This document shows positions 9,694 through 19,048 of a stretch of 64,000 nt of DNA, piece after piece. Source of the DNA: Myxococcales bacterium (GTDB lineage Bacteria > Myxococcota_A > UBA9160 > SZUA-336); assembly GCA_013215565.1 (NCBI GenBank), contig JABSQV010000029.1, positions 29,219 through 93,218 on the forward strand, written 5' to 3'. The position numbers and the translations under genes were made by a program. Below the pieces are notes generated by a model. That model made no database searches, was not told where the DNA came from, and saw only the letters and a list, made by a program, of their open reading frames with translations. Within the stretch, counting starts at the first letter, position 1. Each line of letters begins with the position of its first letter.

Positions 9694-12138
9694 CTATCCG
9701 GAGCCCCCGGGGTTCCAGCGCTCCCCGATCACGCCGTCTGCGCGGAGCTGCTCGATCTCCGCCGCCTCGAGGCCGAGTTCGCGGCCCAGGATCTCTTCGT
9801 TGTGCTGTCCGAGGGTCGGGGTCGGCCCCGGGTAGACCGGGCCCTCGCTGAACGAGAAGCGCATCGGCCAGACGGGGTAACGGCGATCGCCCGAGAGCGG
9901 GTGCGTGAGGCGCTGGTAGTAGTCGCGTGCGGCGAGTTGTGGCTCGTCGTACATACGCGCATTCACGAGAAGTTCGGCGGCCGGGATCTCCCGCTCGAGC
10001 AGAAGTTCGGCGACTTCGCGCGCTGCCCGCTCGCGTGTCCAGGCAGCGATCCCCTCGTCGATCTCGTCGTGCCGCTTGCGGCGTCCCGCGGCAGTTCCGA
10101 AGTCGGGATCCTGGCTCCAGCCGGGCTTCCCGAGCAGCTCGACCAGGCGTTCCCAGTCAGCGCTATCGCGGACCGAGATGGCCACGAACTCCCCATCGCG
10201 ACCGGCGTAGACGCCTTCGGGGGCGAAGCGCTCGCTGCGGTTTCCTTCGCGACCCTGGACCCGGCCGTTCAGCGAATAGTCGATGACCGGTTCGGGACAG
10301 ATGCAGAGCGCGGTTTCGAACTGGGCGACCTCGATGAGTTGGCCTTCGCCGGTGCGGCGACGGTGCGCGAGCGCGGCCTGGAGTGCGACCCCGGCGTGCA
10401 TGCCGATCGCGCAGTCGAGGAACGCGCCCGAGTTCCGCGGCTCCCCGGAGGGGGTTCCCGTGAGCCACGAGATTCCGGCCGCCTGTGCGATCGCGAGCGC
10501 CCAGCCGACGTAGTCGCGCCAGGGACCTTCGAGGCCGTAGGCGGGCATTCGCAGCATGACGATGTCGGCCCGCAATTCGCGCACGTTTGCGTAGTCGAAG
10601 CCGAAGCGCTCCATCACGCGGGGTGCGAAATTCTCGATCAACACATCGGCCCCGGAGATCAGGCGCCGGAGCAGATCGCGCCCCTGCTCCCCGGTCAGAT
10701 CGAGCGTGAGATTCCGCTTTCCGAGGTTGGTCGCCTGGAACAGCACGCCGCGTTCGTACCAGCGGTCACTCAAGGTGTCGGAGACGCCCACGAAGCGAAA
10801 GCCGTCGGGGCGTCCGGTCGATTCGACCTTGATCACGTCGGCGCCGAGCGAAGCCAGGTACATGCCGAGGTAGGGCCCGGCCCAAAAGGTCCCGAGATCG
10901 AGTACGCGCAGGCCCCGGAAGGGAAGCGCGGGATCCGCGGACGCGTCCGGGGTTGCGAGGGGATCCCCGGTGCGTTCGTACCAGCGCGGCACCACGGAGG
11001 CTTCGCCGAGGCGCGGAGCCGGGCCGCGCGAGACTGCAGGCGTCCTGGAGAGCCGGTACGGGACGCCGGGCTGCAGAAGTTCCTCGGGCGGGCCTTCGCT
11101 CTGCGCAAATCGCGCGTCGCGCACGAAGAACGCGCGGGCTTGTGCCTGTACGCAGGTCGCAAGCCGGTCGCCGCTCTGCACGATCGCGGCCGGGATCCGC
11201 GCGGCCTGGGCGGCCGCCAGAATCTCGTCCGCCGGGTGTGCATCCAGGTAGGGCCGAATCGCCTTCGTGAAGGCCTCGAAGCCCGCCGCAGTACGGGTGA
11301 CGTCGGTGCGGCGATCTGCGAATTCGGGCACACCCACGAGTTCGCACGCAGTTTGCCAATGCGCTTGCGTGAGCACGTTGATGCCGATGAAGCCGTCCTT
11401 GCAGGCCAGGATCCCGAACGGCGCACGCCCGCTGCCCTCCGAGCGAATGCCCGCTTGCGTGAGTGCCTCGTGCATCAGCATCGGGTATGGGAGCGTGCCC
11501 ACCAGGCACTCGAGCATCGAGAGGTCGACCGAGACCGCCTCTCGCCCGAGCCGAGCTGCCTGCGCGGCCGTGATCGCAGAGCAGGCCGCGAAGGTACCGG
11601 CCAGGTACTCGGGGATCCGACCTCCTACCCGCACCGGTTCCTGTCCGACCGCGTTGTAGAGCCCGACCCAGGCTCCGGCCGCCTGCAGCGTGAGGTCCGT
11701 GACCTCGCGATCGCGGTAGGGGCCCGTCTGTCCGAACGGCGAGATTCGGACCAGCGCAATCTCGGAATTCGCGGCGCGCAGGGACGCAAAGTCGAGGCCG
11801 CGCGCTTCGAGCGTTCCAGGTCTCAGGTTTTCGACCAGCAGGTCGGCCCCTGTCGTCAGTTCCAGTATGCGGCCCACGTCCGCGGAGCTTGCGAGGTCGA
11901 GCGCGACGCTGCGCTTTCCGGCGTTGAGATAGGCGAATAGCCCGGAGGCTTCGGGATCGGGTCGGTCGTCCGGGAACGGACCCCATGCGCGAAGCTCGTC
12001 GCCCTGCCCGGACGACTCCACCTTGATCACGTCGGCGCCGAGATCCGCCAGTAGCTTGGTGCAGTAAGGGGCCGCGATCTCCCCGCCCAATTCCAGGACG
12101 CGCAGCCCGTCCAGCGCTCCGGGCCCGGGCTCAGGCAC
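9694..12138 (-). CDS. Family III (CaiB/BaiF) CoA transferase with two fused domains
   Basis: Two repeats of (L/F)xGLRVL(E/D)L...LGADVIKVE...GKR..ADxL(V/I)EN..P; 814 aa. Confidence 0.9.
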   Translation of the reverse strand: MPEPGPGALDGLRVLELGGEIAAPYCTKLLADLGADVIKVESSGQGDELRAWGPFPDDRPDPEASGLFAYLNAGKRSVALDLASSADVGRILELTTGADLLVENLRPGTLEARGLDFASLRAANSEIALVRISPFGQTGPYRDREVTDLTLQAAGAWVGLYNAVGQEPVRVGGRIPEYLAGTFAACSAITAAQAARLGREAVSVDLSMLECLVGTLPYPMLMHEALTQAGIRSEGSGRAPFGILACKDGFIGINVLTQAHWQTACELVGVPEFADRRTDVTRTAAGFEAFTKAIRPYLDAHPADEILAAAQAARIPAAIVQSGDRLATCVQAQARAFFVRDARFAQSEGPPEELLQPGVPYRLSRTPAVSRGPAPRLGEASVVPRWYERTGDPLATPDASADPALPFRGLRVLDLGTFWAGPYLGMYLASLGADVIKVESTGRPDGFRFVGVSDTLSDRWYERGVLFQATNLGKRNLTLDLTGEQGRDLLRRLISGADVLIENFAPRVMERFGFDYANVRELRADIVMLRMPAYGLEGPWRDYVGWALAIAQAAGISWLTGTPSGEPRNSGAFLDCAIGMHAGVALQAALAHRRRTGEGQLIEVAQFETALCICPEPVIDYSLNGRVQGREGNRSERFAPEGVYAGRDGEFVAISVRDSADWERLVELLGKPGWSQDPDFGTAAGRRKRHDEIDEGIAAWTRERAAREVAELLLEREIPAAELLVNARMYDEPQLAARDYYQRLTHPLSGDRRYPVWPMRFSFSEGPVYPGPTPTLGQHNEEILGRELGLEAAEIEQLRADGVIGERWNPGGSG

Positions 12139-13303
12139 GGCCCAGAATCAGGCCGCTCGTCGGCACACCCGTTCCGGCCGTGACGAGCACGTTTTCGACG
12201 GCGTCGACCTGGTTGACGGCGCTGCCCCGGACCTGCCGGACGCCCTCGGCGATGCCGTTCATGCCGTGGATGTAGGCCTCGCCGAGCTGGCCGCCGTGGG
12301 TGTTGAGAGGAAGCTCTCCGTCGAGTTCGATACGGCCGTCGGCGATGAAGTGGCGAGCTTCGCCGCGCTTGCAAAACCCGAGTTCTTCGAGCTGGGTCAG
12401 CACGAAAGGTGTGAAGTGGTCGTAGATCACGGCCGTGCGGATGTCGTCCGGCCGCAGTCCCGACATCTCCCAGAGTTGGTCCCCGACCAGGCCCATCTCG
12501 TCCAGGCCTGAGATGTCGTCGCGGTAGTAGCTGGTCATCATTTCCTGCTCGAAACTCGAGCCCTGCGCACTGGCGCGGATGATCGCCGGCGGCTGCCGCA
12601 AGTCCCGCGCGCGCTCGCTACTCGTGACCAGGAGTGCGACGGCCCCGTCGCTCTCCTGGCAGCAGTCGAGCAGGTGTAATGGCTCGACGATCCAGCGGGA
12701 CTTCTGGTGATCCTCGAGGGAGATGGGCCTATCGTAAAACCACGCCTTCGGATTCGTGGCCGCGTGTCGGCGGTCTGCGACCGCGACCCGCCCGAAGTCT
12801 TCGCTGGTCGCGCCGTACTCGTGCATGTAGCGGCGAGCGAACATGGCCACCCAGGCGGCGGGCGTGACCAGGCCGAACGGTGCATACCAGTCGGTCGGAA
12901 GCGCGGCCGGGATATCGGGTGTACGGCCCTGGCGTCCGGCGCCGAAGCGGCGGCCCGAGCGTTCGTTGAAGCCGCGGTAGCAGATCACGGCCTTCGAGAC
13001 ACCCGTTGCGACTGCCATGGCCGCCTGCTGTACCGTGCCGCAGGCGGCACCGCCGCCGAAATGGACGCGGCTGAAGTGCGTGAGCTTCGGGATTCCGAGC
13101 CCACGCGCCACCGCGATCTCTTCGCTCGACTCCATCGTGAAGGTCACCATGCCGTCGACGTCCGCCGGCTCGAGGCCAGCGTCGTCGATCGCCGCCTTCG
13201 CGGCTTCGAGCGCGAGTTGGAGTTCGCTCCGGCCCGAAGCCTTGGAGAATTCCGTGGCCCCGATGCCAACGATGGCCGCGCGCTCCGAGAGCGAGTTGCT
13301 CAT
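12131..13303 (-). CDS. Lipid-transfer protein / thiolase-like aldolase (Ltp2-like)
   Basis: AAIVGIGATEFSKASGRSELQLA...LLDCCQESDG...YDHFTPFVL...NTHGGQLGEAYIHGMNGIAEGVRQVRG...TAGTGVPTSGLIL. Confidence 0.88.
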   Translation of the reverse strand: MSNSLSERAAIVGIGATEFSKASGRSELQLALEAAKAAIDDAGLEPADVDGMVTFTMESSEEIAVARGLGIPKLTHFSRVHFGGGAACGTVQQAAMAVATGVSKAVICYRGFNERSGRRFGAGRQGRTPDIPAALPTDWYAPFGLVTPAAWVAMFARRYMHEYGATSEDFGRVAVADRRHAATNPKAWFYDRPISLEDHQKSRWIVEPLHLLDCCQESDGAVALLVTSSERARDLRQPPAIIRASAQGSSFEQEMMTSYYRDDISGLDEMGLVGDQLWEMSGLRPDDIRTAVIYDHFTPFVLTQLEELGFCKRGEARHFIADGRIELDGELPLNTHGGQLGEAYIHGMNGIAEGVRQVRGSAVNQVDAVENVLVTAGTGVPTSGLILGRA

Positions 13304-13743
13304 CTCGCGTTCTGCAACGGAAGGCTCAGCCGAACTGTGCCCTTCACGTGGTCCCCGAGCGCGTTCTCGCCGCGGATCGAGACCACGATGCGGCCCCGGT
13401 CTCCGGCGACCTGCTTGCTCTCGACCACGCCCGTCATGCGCATCGAGTCATACGGGTAGTTCGGTACACCGAGTCGGATCGCCACGTGCTCGAGCAGCGC
13501 CTCGGGCCCGGTCCAATCGGTCACGAAGCGGCCGACGAGGCCGTTCGTGGACAGGATGTTCATGAAGATGTCCTTCGAGCCCTTCTTCTGTGCCAGGTCG
13601 CGGTCGTGGTGCACGTCCTGGTAGTCGCGCGACGCGATCGCGGTAGAGATGATCCGCGTTGGCGTGAGCTCGATCACGAGTTCCGGCAATTGCTCTCCCA
13701 GCCTGACCTCTTCGAAGCTGCGCGTCGGTCGCAGTGCCGTCAT
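13300..13743 (-). CDS. MaoC-family dehydratase (ChsH1-like)
   Basis: TRIISTAIASRDYQDVHHDRDLAQKKGSKDIFMNILST...LGVPNYPYD. ATG at 13743 overlaps the upstream stop. Confidence 0.88.
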   Translation of the reverse strand: MTALRPTRSFEEVRLGEQLPELVIELTPTRIISTAIASRDYQDVHHDRDLAQKKGSKDIFMNILSTNGLVGRFVTDWTGPEALLEHVAIRLGVPNYPYDSMRMTGVVESKQVAGDRGRIVVSIRGENALGDHVKGTVRLSLPLQNAR

Positions 13744-14180
13744 GCCTCTGCCTCCGTAGCCTCCGTAGCCTCCGAGTCCCGGGCGCCGGCCGCCGGCCGC
13801 CAAGCCGGGAGCGTCCAGCTGTCGTCGATGCGCACGAACTCGACCTCGACGGGCATGCCGACGTACAGCGCCGTCGGGTCGCCGCTCACGTTGCCCACGA
13901 TCCGCGTGCCTTCGGGGAGTTCGATCAACGCCACCGCGAACGGCGCCTCGAAGCCGTAGACGGGCGGATGGTGGTGCACCACGTAGCTGTAGATCTCGCC
14001 CTGCCCGGAAGCCACGATCGAGTCCCAGTCGAGCGAGGTGCAGGCCGGACACATTGGCCGCGGGGGGTGGCGCAGGCGTTTGCAGCCGGCGCAGCGTTGG
14101 ATCCGGAGTTCGTGCTTCTCGACGCCCTCCCAGAAGAAGCTCGAGTCCAGATTCATCGTCGGGCGCGGAGGTCGGGCCAT
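13740..14180 (-). CDS. DUF35 Zn-ribbon/OB-fold protein (ChsH2 C-terminal-like)
   Basis: FFWEG...LRIQRCAGC..RHPPRPMCPAC...GEIYSYVVHHHP...VALIELPEGTRIVGN. Confidence 0.9.
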   Translation of the reverse strand: MARPPRPTMNLDSSFFWEGVEKHELRIQRCAGCKRLRHPPRPMCPACTSLDWDSIVASGQGEIYSYVVHHHPPVYGFEAPFAVALIELPEGTRIVGNVSGDPTALYVGMPVEVEFVRIDDSWTLPAWRPAAGARDSEATEATEAEA

Positions 14181-14182
14181 CG

Positions 14183-14743
14183 TCAACTCCCGGAGACTTT
14201 GCGCGGTTTGAACCAGAGGATGCGAAAGCGCATCTCGGCCACGATTTCGCCGGTCTGGTCGCGGTAGCTGGTCTTGGTCGTGACGAAATAGCCGTCCCCG
14301 AGCGCGGTGCGCTTCTCGCCCGAAACCGACTCGAGTTCGCTCTCGGTCGTCACGAGGTCGCCGGGCCGCAGATAGCGCTTGTACTCCTGCTCGCAGTCCG
14401 TGGCCACCACCGAGGTGTAGCCCGCCCGGTGCAGCAGCGAGGTCGGGCCCGCGTTGCGGGCCACGGGCGTTGCCGCCGTGGGCGGCCTGCGCTCCAGACC
14501 GCGCATGCTCCAGGCCTGGAGCATCGTGGGCGGCGCCACGATTCCCGCGTGGATGGACGCGCTGGCTGCGACTGGGTCGGTATAGACCGGGTTCATGTCC
14601 TCGATCGCATCACACCAGTGGCGGATCATCGGAAGGTTGACGGGATCGCGCGCGGGCGGCCCGAGCGTCGGCCGGCTCTCGGAGACGAGCTGCTGAAGCG
14701 CTTCGTCGAGCGTCTGCTGGTCGCGGGTCACGGGGCTGGCCAT
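14183..14743 (-). CDS. MaoC N-terminal dehydratase domain protein (ChsH2 N-terminal-like)
   Basis: ARDPVNLPMIRHWCDAIEDMNPVY...VAPPTMLQAWSM...VVATDCEQEYKRYLRPGD...MRFRILWFKP. Confidence 0.88.
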   Translation of the reverse strand: MASPVTRDQQTLDEALQQLVSESRPTLGPPARDPVNLPMIRHWCDAIEDMNPVYTDPVAASASIHAGIVAPPTMLQAWSMRGLERRPPTAATPVARNAGPTSLLHRAGYTSVVATDCEQEYKRYLRPGDLVTTESELESVSGEKRTALGDGYFVTTKTSYRDQTGEIVAEMRFRILWFKPRKVSGS

Positions 14744-14774
14744 GTTACCCCAGGTCTCGGGTGGCGCGGAGCGC

Positions 14775-15209
14775 TCACTCGATTGCGATCAGTTCCACGT
14801 CGAAGTGCAGGGTCGCGTTGGGCGGGATCGTCGCCCCGGCCCCCTCCGTGCCGTACGCCATTTCGGGCGGGCAGATGAGGCGGACTCTACTGCCCACCTT
14901 GACGCGCTGGAGCGCGTGCGTCCAGCAGGGAATCACGCGGTTCAGCGCGAAGGACGCGGGTTGACCGCGCTGAACGCTCGAGTCGAAGACCCGGCCGTCG
15001 GGGAAGGTCCCGTGATAGTGGACTCGGACCGTATCCGTCACCGCTGGTTTCGGTCCCGTCCCTTCCTCGACAATCGCGATCTGGAAGTGCGGCGGGCTGG
15101 CAGCGGCCGCCGGGTCCGGCGCCTGCGGTGGCGGGGACTCCGAGCACGCCAGGCAGAGCGCGGTGACGAATACGATCGGGGCAGTCCCAGAATGGGTGAA
15201 CCAAGTCAC
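14775..15209 (-). CDS. FKBP-type peptidyl-prolyl isomerase, lipoprotein
   Basis: GAGGAGG RBS then GTG 15209; lipobox LCLAC; VRVHYHGTFPDGRVFDSS...VIPCW...AYG...IPPNATLHFDVELI. Confidence 0.9.
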   Translation of the reverse strand: MTWFTHSGTAPIVFVTALCLACSESPPPQAPDPAAAASPPHFQIAIVEEGTGPKPAVTDTVRVHYHGTFPDGRVFDSSVQRGQPASFALNRVIPCWTHALQRVKVGSRVRLICPPEMAYGTEGAGATIPPNATLHFDVELIAIE

Positions 15210-15332
15210 GCGGGATCCTCCTCGAATAGGCACCGGGAAGCGGCCGGTCCCTCGAACGGGCGTAGTAGGACCGCGAGACTCCGCGGCGTCAAGTGAGGTA
15301 CGCTCCGGGTTGCGCTCGGCGGGAGGAACTGA

Positions 15333-17516
15333 GTGGCGAATTGCGGGCGGAGCGCTTCTCGAAGTATCGGGGTCTTCCTGGTGGCTGCGGCCGCTATCCT
15401 GACCGCCGCTCCCGGCCGGGCTCAGCCCGGCCAGGTCGTGACCACCGAGGGTCCGGTGCAGGGGATTCTGGCCGAGGGCGGGGAGGCGTGGGAGTTTCGG
15501 GGCCTTCCGTATGCGGCGCCCCCGCGCGGAGCGTTGCGCTTCGCGCGCCCGAGAGTTCCCGCACCTCGTTCGTCGATCCTGGATGCGCACAGCTTTGCCC
15601 CGGCGTGTCCCCAGCAGCTTTCTGGATTTCAGCTGGCGTGCGGCGATGGCGAGGCTGCGAACCAGCTCGCCGGGGACGAGGACTGTCTGGCCCTGAACGT
15701 GCTGACCCCGGCGGGGGCCTGGCCCCCGATTCCGGAGCTGCCCGTCATGGTCTTCATTCACGGGGGGGCGTTCCAGACCGGCTGTGCCAGGGACCCGAAC
15801 CCGGCGCTCGCACTCGCGGGCCCGGTGGTGCTGGTTTCGATTCAGTACCGACTCGGCCAGCTCGGCTTCATGGCCACCGAGGAGATGGCGGAGGAGGACC
15901 CGGACGGCTCCGCCGGGAACTGGGCGCTGCTCGACATGCTGCGTTCGCTCGAGTGGGTGCGAGACAACATCGCGGGCTTCGGTGGCGACCCCGGCAACGT
16001 CACCATTTTCGGAGAGTCTGCGGGGGGCCTGGCGGTCTGCGCGCTGCTGGCGTCTCCGCTCGCCGACGGTCTGTTCGATCGTGCGATCATCCAGAGCGGC
16101 AACTGCCAGGCCGCGACCCCGCTTCGCACCACGCCGGGGTCGCCGATCGCGGGCACCACCAAGGTCGAGGTCGGCTCGCGGGTGGCGGTCGCGCTGGGCT
16201 GCCCGCCGTCGGGGTCCGGGTCACTGGAGTGTCTGCGCGCGCTGCCCTTCGGCAGCCTGATCGCGGCCAACGATTCTCACTTTGCCGCAATCGACGGCCA
16301 TGTGCTCTCCGAGCGGCCGCTGGTGGTGTTCGAGCGCGAAGGGGCCGGTGGGCGGGCGGTGATCGTCGGCACCAACCGCGACGAGCAGACGGTGTTCACC
16401 AACTTCGATGCGGCGCTCGTCGCGCGGATCGAGGGAGACTACGAAGGCGTGGTCCGCGAACAGCTCGGCGAGCGGCTCGCGGACCAGTTGCTGCCGCTCT
16501 ATCCCACGCCCCAGCTTCCGTCGGAAAGACTCGCGCAGTACAACCGCCTGTTCGGAGAACTCAGCTTCAACTGCCCGGCCGTTGACACCGTAGATGCGCT
16601 GGCCCGGACCGGGAGCAGCGCATACCTGTATCACTTCACCCAGACCATTCGGAATTTCTTTCTCTTCGGCGAAGAGCTCGGTTCCTTCCACGCGCTGGAA
16701 CTCTTCTACGTCTTCGGAAATCTGAATCAGCTCGGGGCGCTTTTCTTTTTTCCGGCCCCGGGCGATTTTGCGCTCGCCAGCGTCATGCAGGCGTCGTGGA
16801 CTTCCTTTGCGCGGACGGGAAGTCCCGACATCTTGTTTCTCGGCTGGCCGCTCTACGACCCGGTCGAACCCCGCCATCTGGAGCTCAAGGTTCCGTTTAG
16901 CTCGCTCTCGGTACGTGACGTCTATCGGGACGGGAGCTGTGACGCGCAGATTGCGGCGATCGAGGAGGTCGACTCGGATCGCGACTTCGTGCTGGACGAA
17001 TTCGACAACTGTCCGGGTTTCGCGAATTCGGACCAGTTCGACCGCGATGGCGACACCGCCGGGGACAGCTGCGATCTGTGTCCAGACTCGCTGCTGTCGC
17101 CCACGTTGGTTTTCGGCCGCTGCGACTCGGAAGTCGCAAACCGCGCCGTGGCCGACGGTTGCACGCTCGAGGACGTGTTTGCGCGGTGCCAGCAGCGACC
17201 CGCCCCGGATCGCTGCTGGCGCGGACACGACCGCGAGAAACGCTCCGGCCACGGGCACGATCGGCACGATCGGTACGATCGACACGACCGACACGATCGG
17301 TACGACCGGTACGACCGGTACGACCGGTACGACCGGGATGACCGGGATGACCGGGATGACCGGGACGACAGATGTGACCGAGAGGATGACGATTGGGGCC
17401 ACCGGAACCCCAAGCGTTGTGTGAAGAAACTCGCGAAAAGGCTCGAACGACAGGGGATCCTCGATCGGGCGGAACGGCGGGCGATCAAGCGCTGCGCGGG
17501 CCGCGGGCGGCGCTAA
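15333..17516 (+). CDS. Secreted type-B carboxylesterase with thrombospondin type-3 repeat and Cys-rich C-terminal domain
   Basis: Signal peptide; EDCLALNV, FIHGGAF, FGESAGG nucleophile, GTNRDE, FHALEL; DFVLDEFDNCP..NSDQFDRDGDTAGDSCDLCP. Confidence 0.9.
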   Translation: MANCGRSASRSIGVFLVAAAAILTAAPGRAQPGQVVTTEGPVQGILAEGGEAWEFRGLPYAAPPRGALRFARPRVPAPRSSILDAHSFAPACPQQLSGFQLACGDGEAANQLAGDEDCLALNVLTPAGAWPPIPELPVMVFIHGGAFQTGCARDPNPALALAGPVVLVSIQYRLGQLGFMATEEMAEEDPDGSAGNWALLDMLRSLEWVRDNIAGFGGDPGNVTIFGESAGGLAVCALLASPLADGLFDRAIIQSGNCQAATPLRTTPGSPIAGTTKVEVGSRVAVALGCPPSGSGSLECLRALPFGSLIAANDSHFAAIDGHVLSERPLVVFEREGAGGRAVIVGTNRDEQTVFTNFDAALVARIEGDYEGVVREQLGERLADQLLPLYPTPQLPSERLAQYNRLFGELSFNCPAVDTVDALARTGSSAYLYHFTQTIRNFFLFGEELGSFHALELFYVFGNLNQLGALFFFPAPGDFALASVMQASWTSFARTGSPDILFLGWPLYDPVEPRHLELKVPFSSLSVRDVYRDGSCDAQIAAIEEVDSDRDFVLDEFDNCPGFANSDQFDRDGDTAGDSCDLCPDSLLSPTLVFGRCDSEVANRAVADGCTLEDVFARCQQRPAPDRCWRGHDREKRSGHGHDRHDRYDRHDRHDRYDRYDRYDRYDRDDRDDRDDRDDRCDREDDDWGHRNPKRCVKKLAKRLERQGILDRAERRAIKRCAGRGRR
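17256..17381 (+). repeat. In-frame 9-bp tandem repeat, 14 units (x-Asp-Arg)
   Basis: CACGATCGG/TACGACCGG/GATGACCGG-type units encode HDR-HDR-YDR-HDR-HDR-YDR x4-DDR x4-CDR. Confidence 0.95.
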
Positions 17517-17677
17517 GCCCGAGGCTTCGCGCGCAGCCCGGGCCCCCGCTTCGAGACGCCCCGAGCCCGGAGCCGGTCCGGCCGAGTGTGCGAGGCGCGT
17601 GGCCGACGGGGCCGCAGGTGGATCCCGGCGGCTTGAATCCTCGCAGGCGTTCGCGCTAACTAGGGGTGCTTCAGCTG

Positions 17678-18472
17678 ATGAGACTCGAAGGCAAGGTCGC
17701 GATCGTGGTTGGTGCCGGGCAAACCCCCGGAGACACCATCGGCAACGGCCGCGCGGCCGCGATCCTGTTTGCGCGGGAAGGCGCACGGGTTCTGCTTGCC
17801 GACCGGGACCTGGAGTCGGCCCGCGAAACCGAACGCATGATCGCGCAGGAAGGCGGCCGCGCAGCGTGCGTCGAGGCCGATATCGTTCGGGAAGACGACT
17901 GTCGGGCGATCGCCAGAAGCTGTCTCGAGCGCTTCGGACGGATCGACGTACTGCACAACAACGTCGGGATCGCCTCCGGCGACGCGAGCGTGGCCCGGGT
18001 CTCGGAAGCCGCATGGAACCACATCTTTGACGTGAACGTGAAGGGTCCCTTTCTCACGACCAAGCACGTGCTGCCCGTCATGCGCGAGCAGGGCTCGGGC
18101 AGCATCACCTTCGTGTCTTCGGCCGCCGCCGTCGCCTCGACGCCGCTGGCCGCCTACAAGTCTTCGAAGGCTGCACTGCACGCGCTCACCCAGTCCGTCG
18201 CGAACGGGGGCGCCCGCTACGGGATTCGCGCCAACGCGATCATGCCGGGTCTGATGGATACGCCGATGGCGATCGAGGGTATCTCGGCGGCGCGCGGAAT
18301 CGACAAGCAGGCGCTGCGTCGCGAACGCGACAGCCTGGTTCCGCTCGGAGGCAAGATGGGCAGCGCCTGGGACGTCGCCTACGCGGCGCTGTTCCTGAAC
18401 TCCGAAGAGGCCCGGTTCATTACCGGGGTGATTCTGCCCGTCGACGGCGGCCAGAGCGCGCGCGTCGGCTGA
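17678..18472 (+). CDS. Short-chain dehydrogenase/reductase
   Basis: LEGKVAIVVGAG...IGNG, NNVG, YKSSK (YxxxK), ITGVILPVDGG. Confidence 0.92.
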   Translation: MRLEGKVAIVVGAGQTPGDTIGNGRAAAILFAREGARVLLADRDLESARETERMIAQEGGRAACVEADIVREDDCRAIARSCLERFGRIDVLHNNVGIASGDASVARVSEAAWNHIFDVNVKGPFLTTKHVLPVMREQGSGSITFVSSAAAVASTPLAAYKSSKAALHALTQSVANGGARYGIRANAIMPGLMDTPMAIEGISAARGIDKQALRRERDSLVPLGGKMGSAWDVAYAALFLNSEEARFITGVILPVDGGQSARVG

Positions 18473-19038
18473 TGGGGCTCGCGCGGGAAGCGGCCTGGAC
18501 GAAGCTCTGCGCCTGGACCGAGAGCGAGTCGCTCCGCAAGCATGCGCGAGCGGTCGAAATCGTGATGCGCGCCGCCGCCGAGCGCTACGGCCCCGGGGCG
18601 AGCGACGTGGAGCGCTGGGGCATCGCCGGGCTGCTCCACGATGCCGATTACGAGCGCTGGCCCGAGGACCACCCGAAGCGGATCGTGGCCTGGCTCGAGG
18701 CCGAGGGTGAGCCCGAGATCGCGCATGCGGTTTCGGCCCACTACACGAAGTGGCAGGTGCCGCATGAGACCGCGCTCGACCGTGCCTTGCTCGCCTGCGA
18801 CGAACTCACGGGATTCATCGTGGCGTGTGCGTTGGTGCGGCCCGAGGGCGTTCGTACCCTGGCCTCGAAGAGCGTCCTCAAGAAACTCAAGGATCGAGCC
18901 TTCGCGGCCAAGGTCGAGCGCGCCGAGGTGCATGCGGGAGCCGAGGGGCTCGGCGTCGAACTGGCCGACCATGTCCAGTTCGTGATTGACGCGCTCCGGC
19001 CTCACGCGCGCGAACTCGGCCTCGAGGGCCGCGGCTGA
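18472..19038 (+). CDS. HD-domain (HDIG-like) putative hydrolase
   Basis: SLRKHARAVE...GLLHDADYE...H...LLACDELTGFIVACALVRP...KKLKDRAFAAKV. Confidence 0.85.
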   Translation: MGLAREAAWTKLCAWTESESLRKHARAVEIVMRAAAERYGPGASDVERWGIAGLLHDADYERWPEDHPKRIVAWLEAEGEPEIAHAVSAHYTKWQVPHETALDRALLACDELTGFIVACALVRPEGVRTLASKSVLKKLKDRAFAAKVERAEVHAGAEGLGVELADHVQFVIDALRPHARELGLEGRG

Positions 19039-19048
19039 GTCCGGCCCG

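Noticed and set aside
13745-13775. Short GCCTCCGTA repeat
   Set aside because: Only about 3 units encoding an EAT linker at the DUF35 C-terminus; trivial.
17256-17381. Possible CRISPR array
   Set aside because: Contiguous 9-bp units with no spacers, in frame within a CDS; no cas genes.
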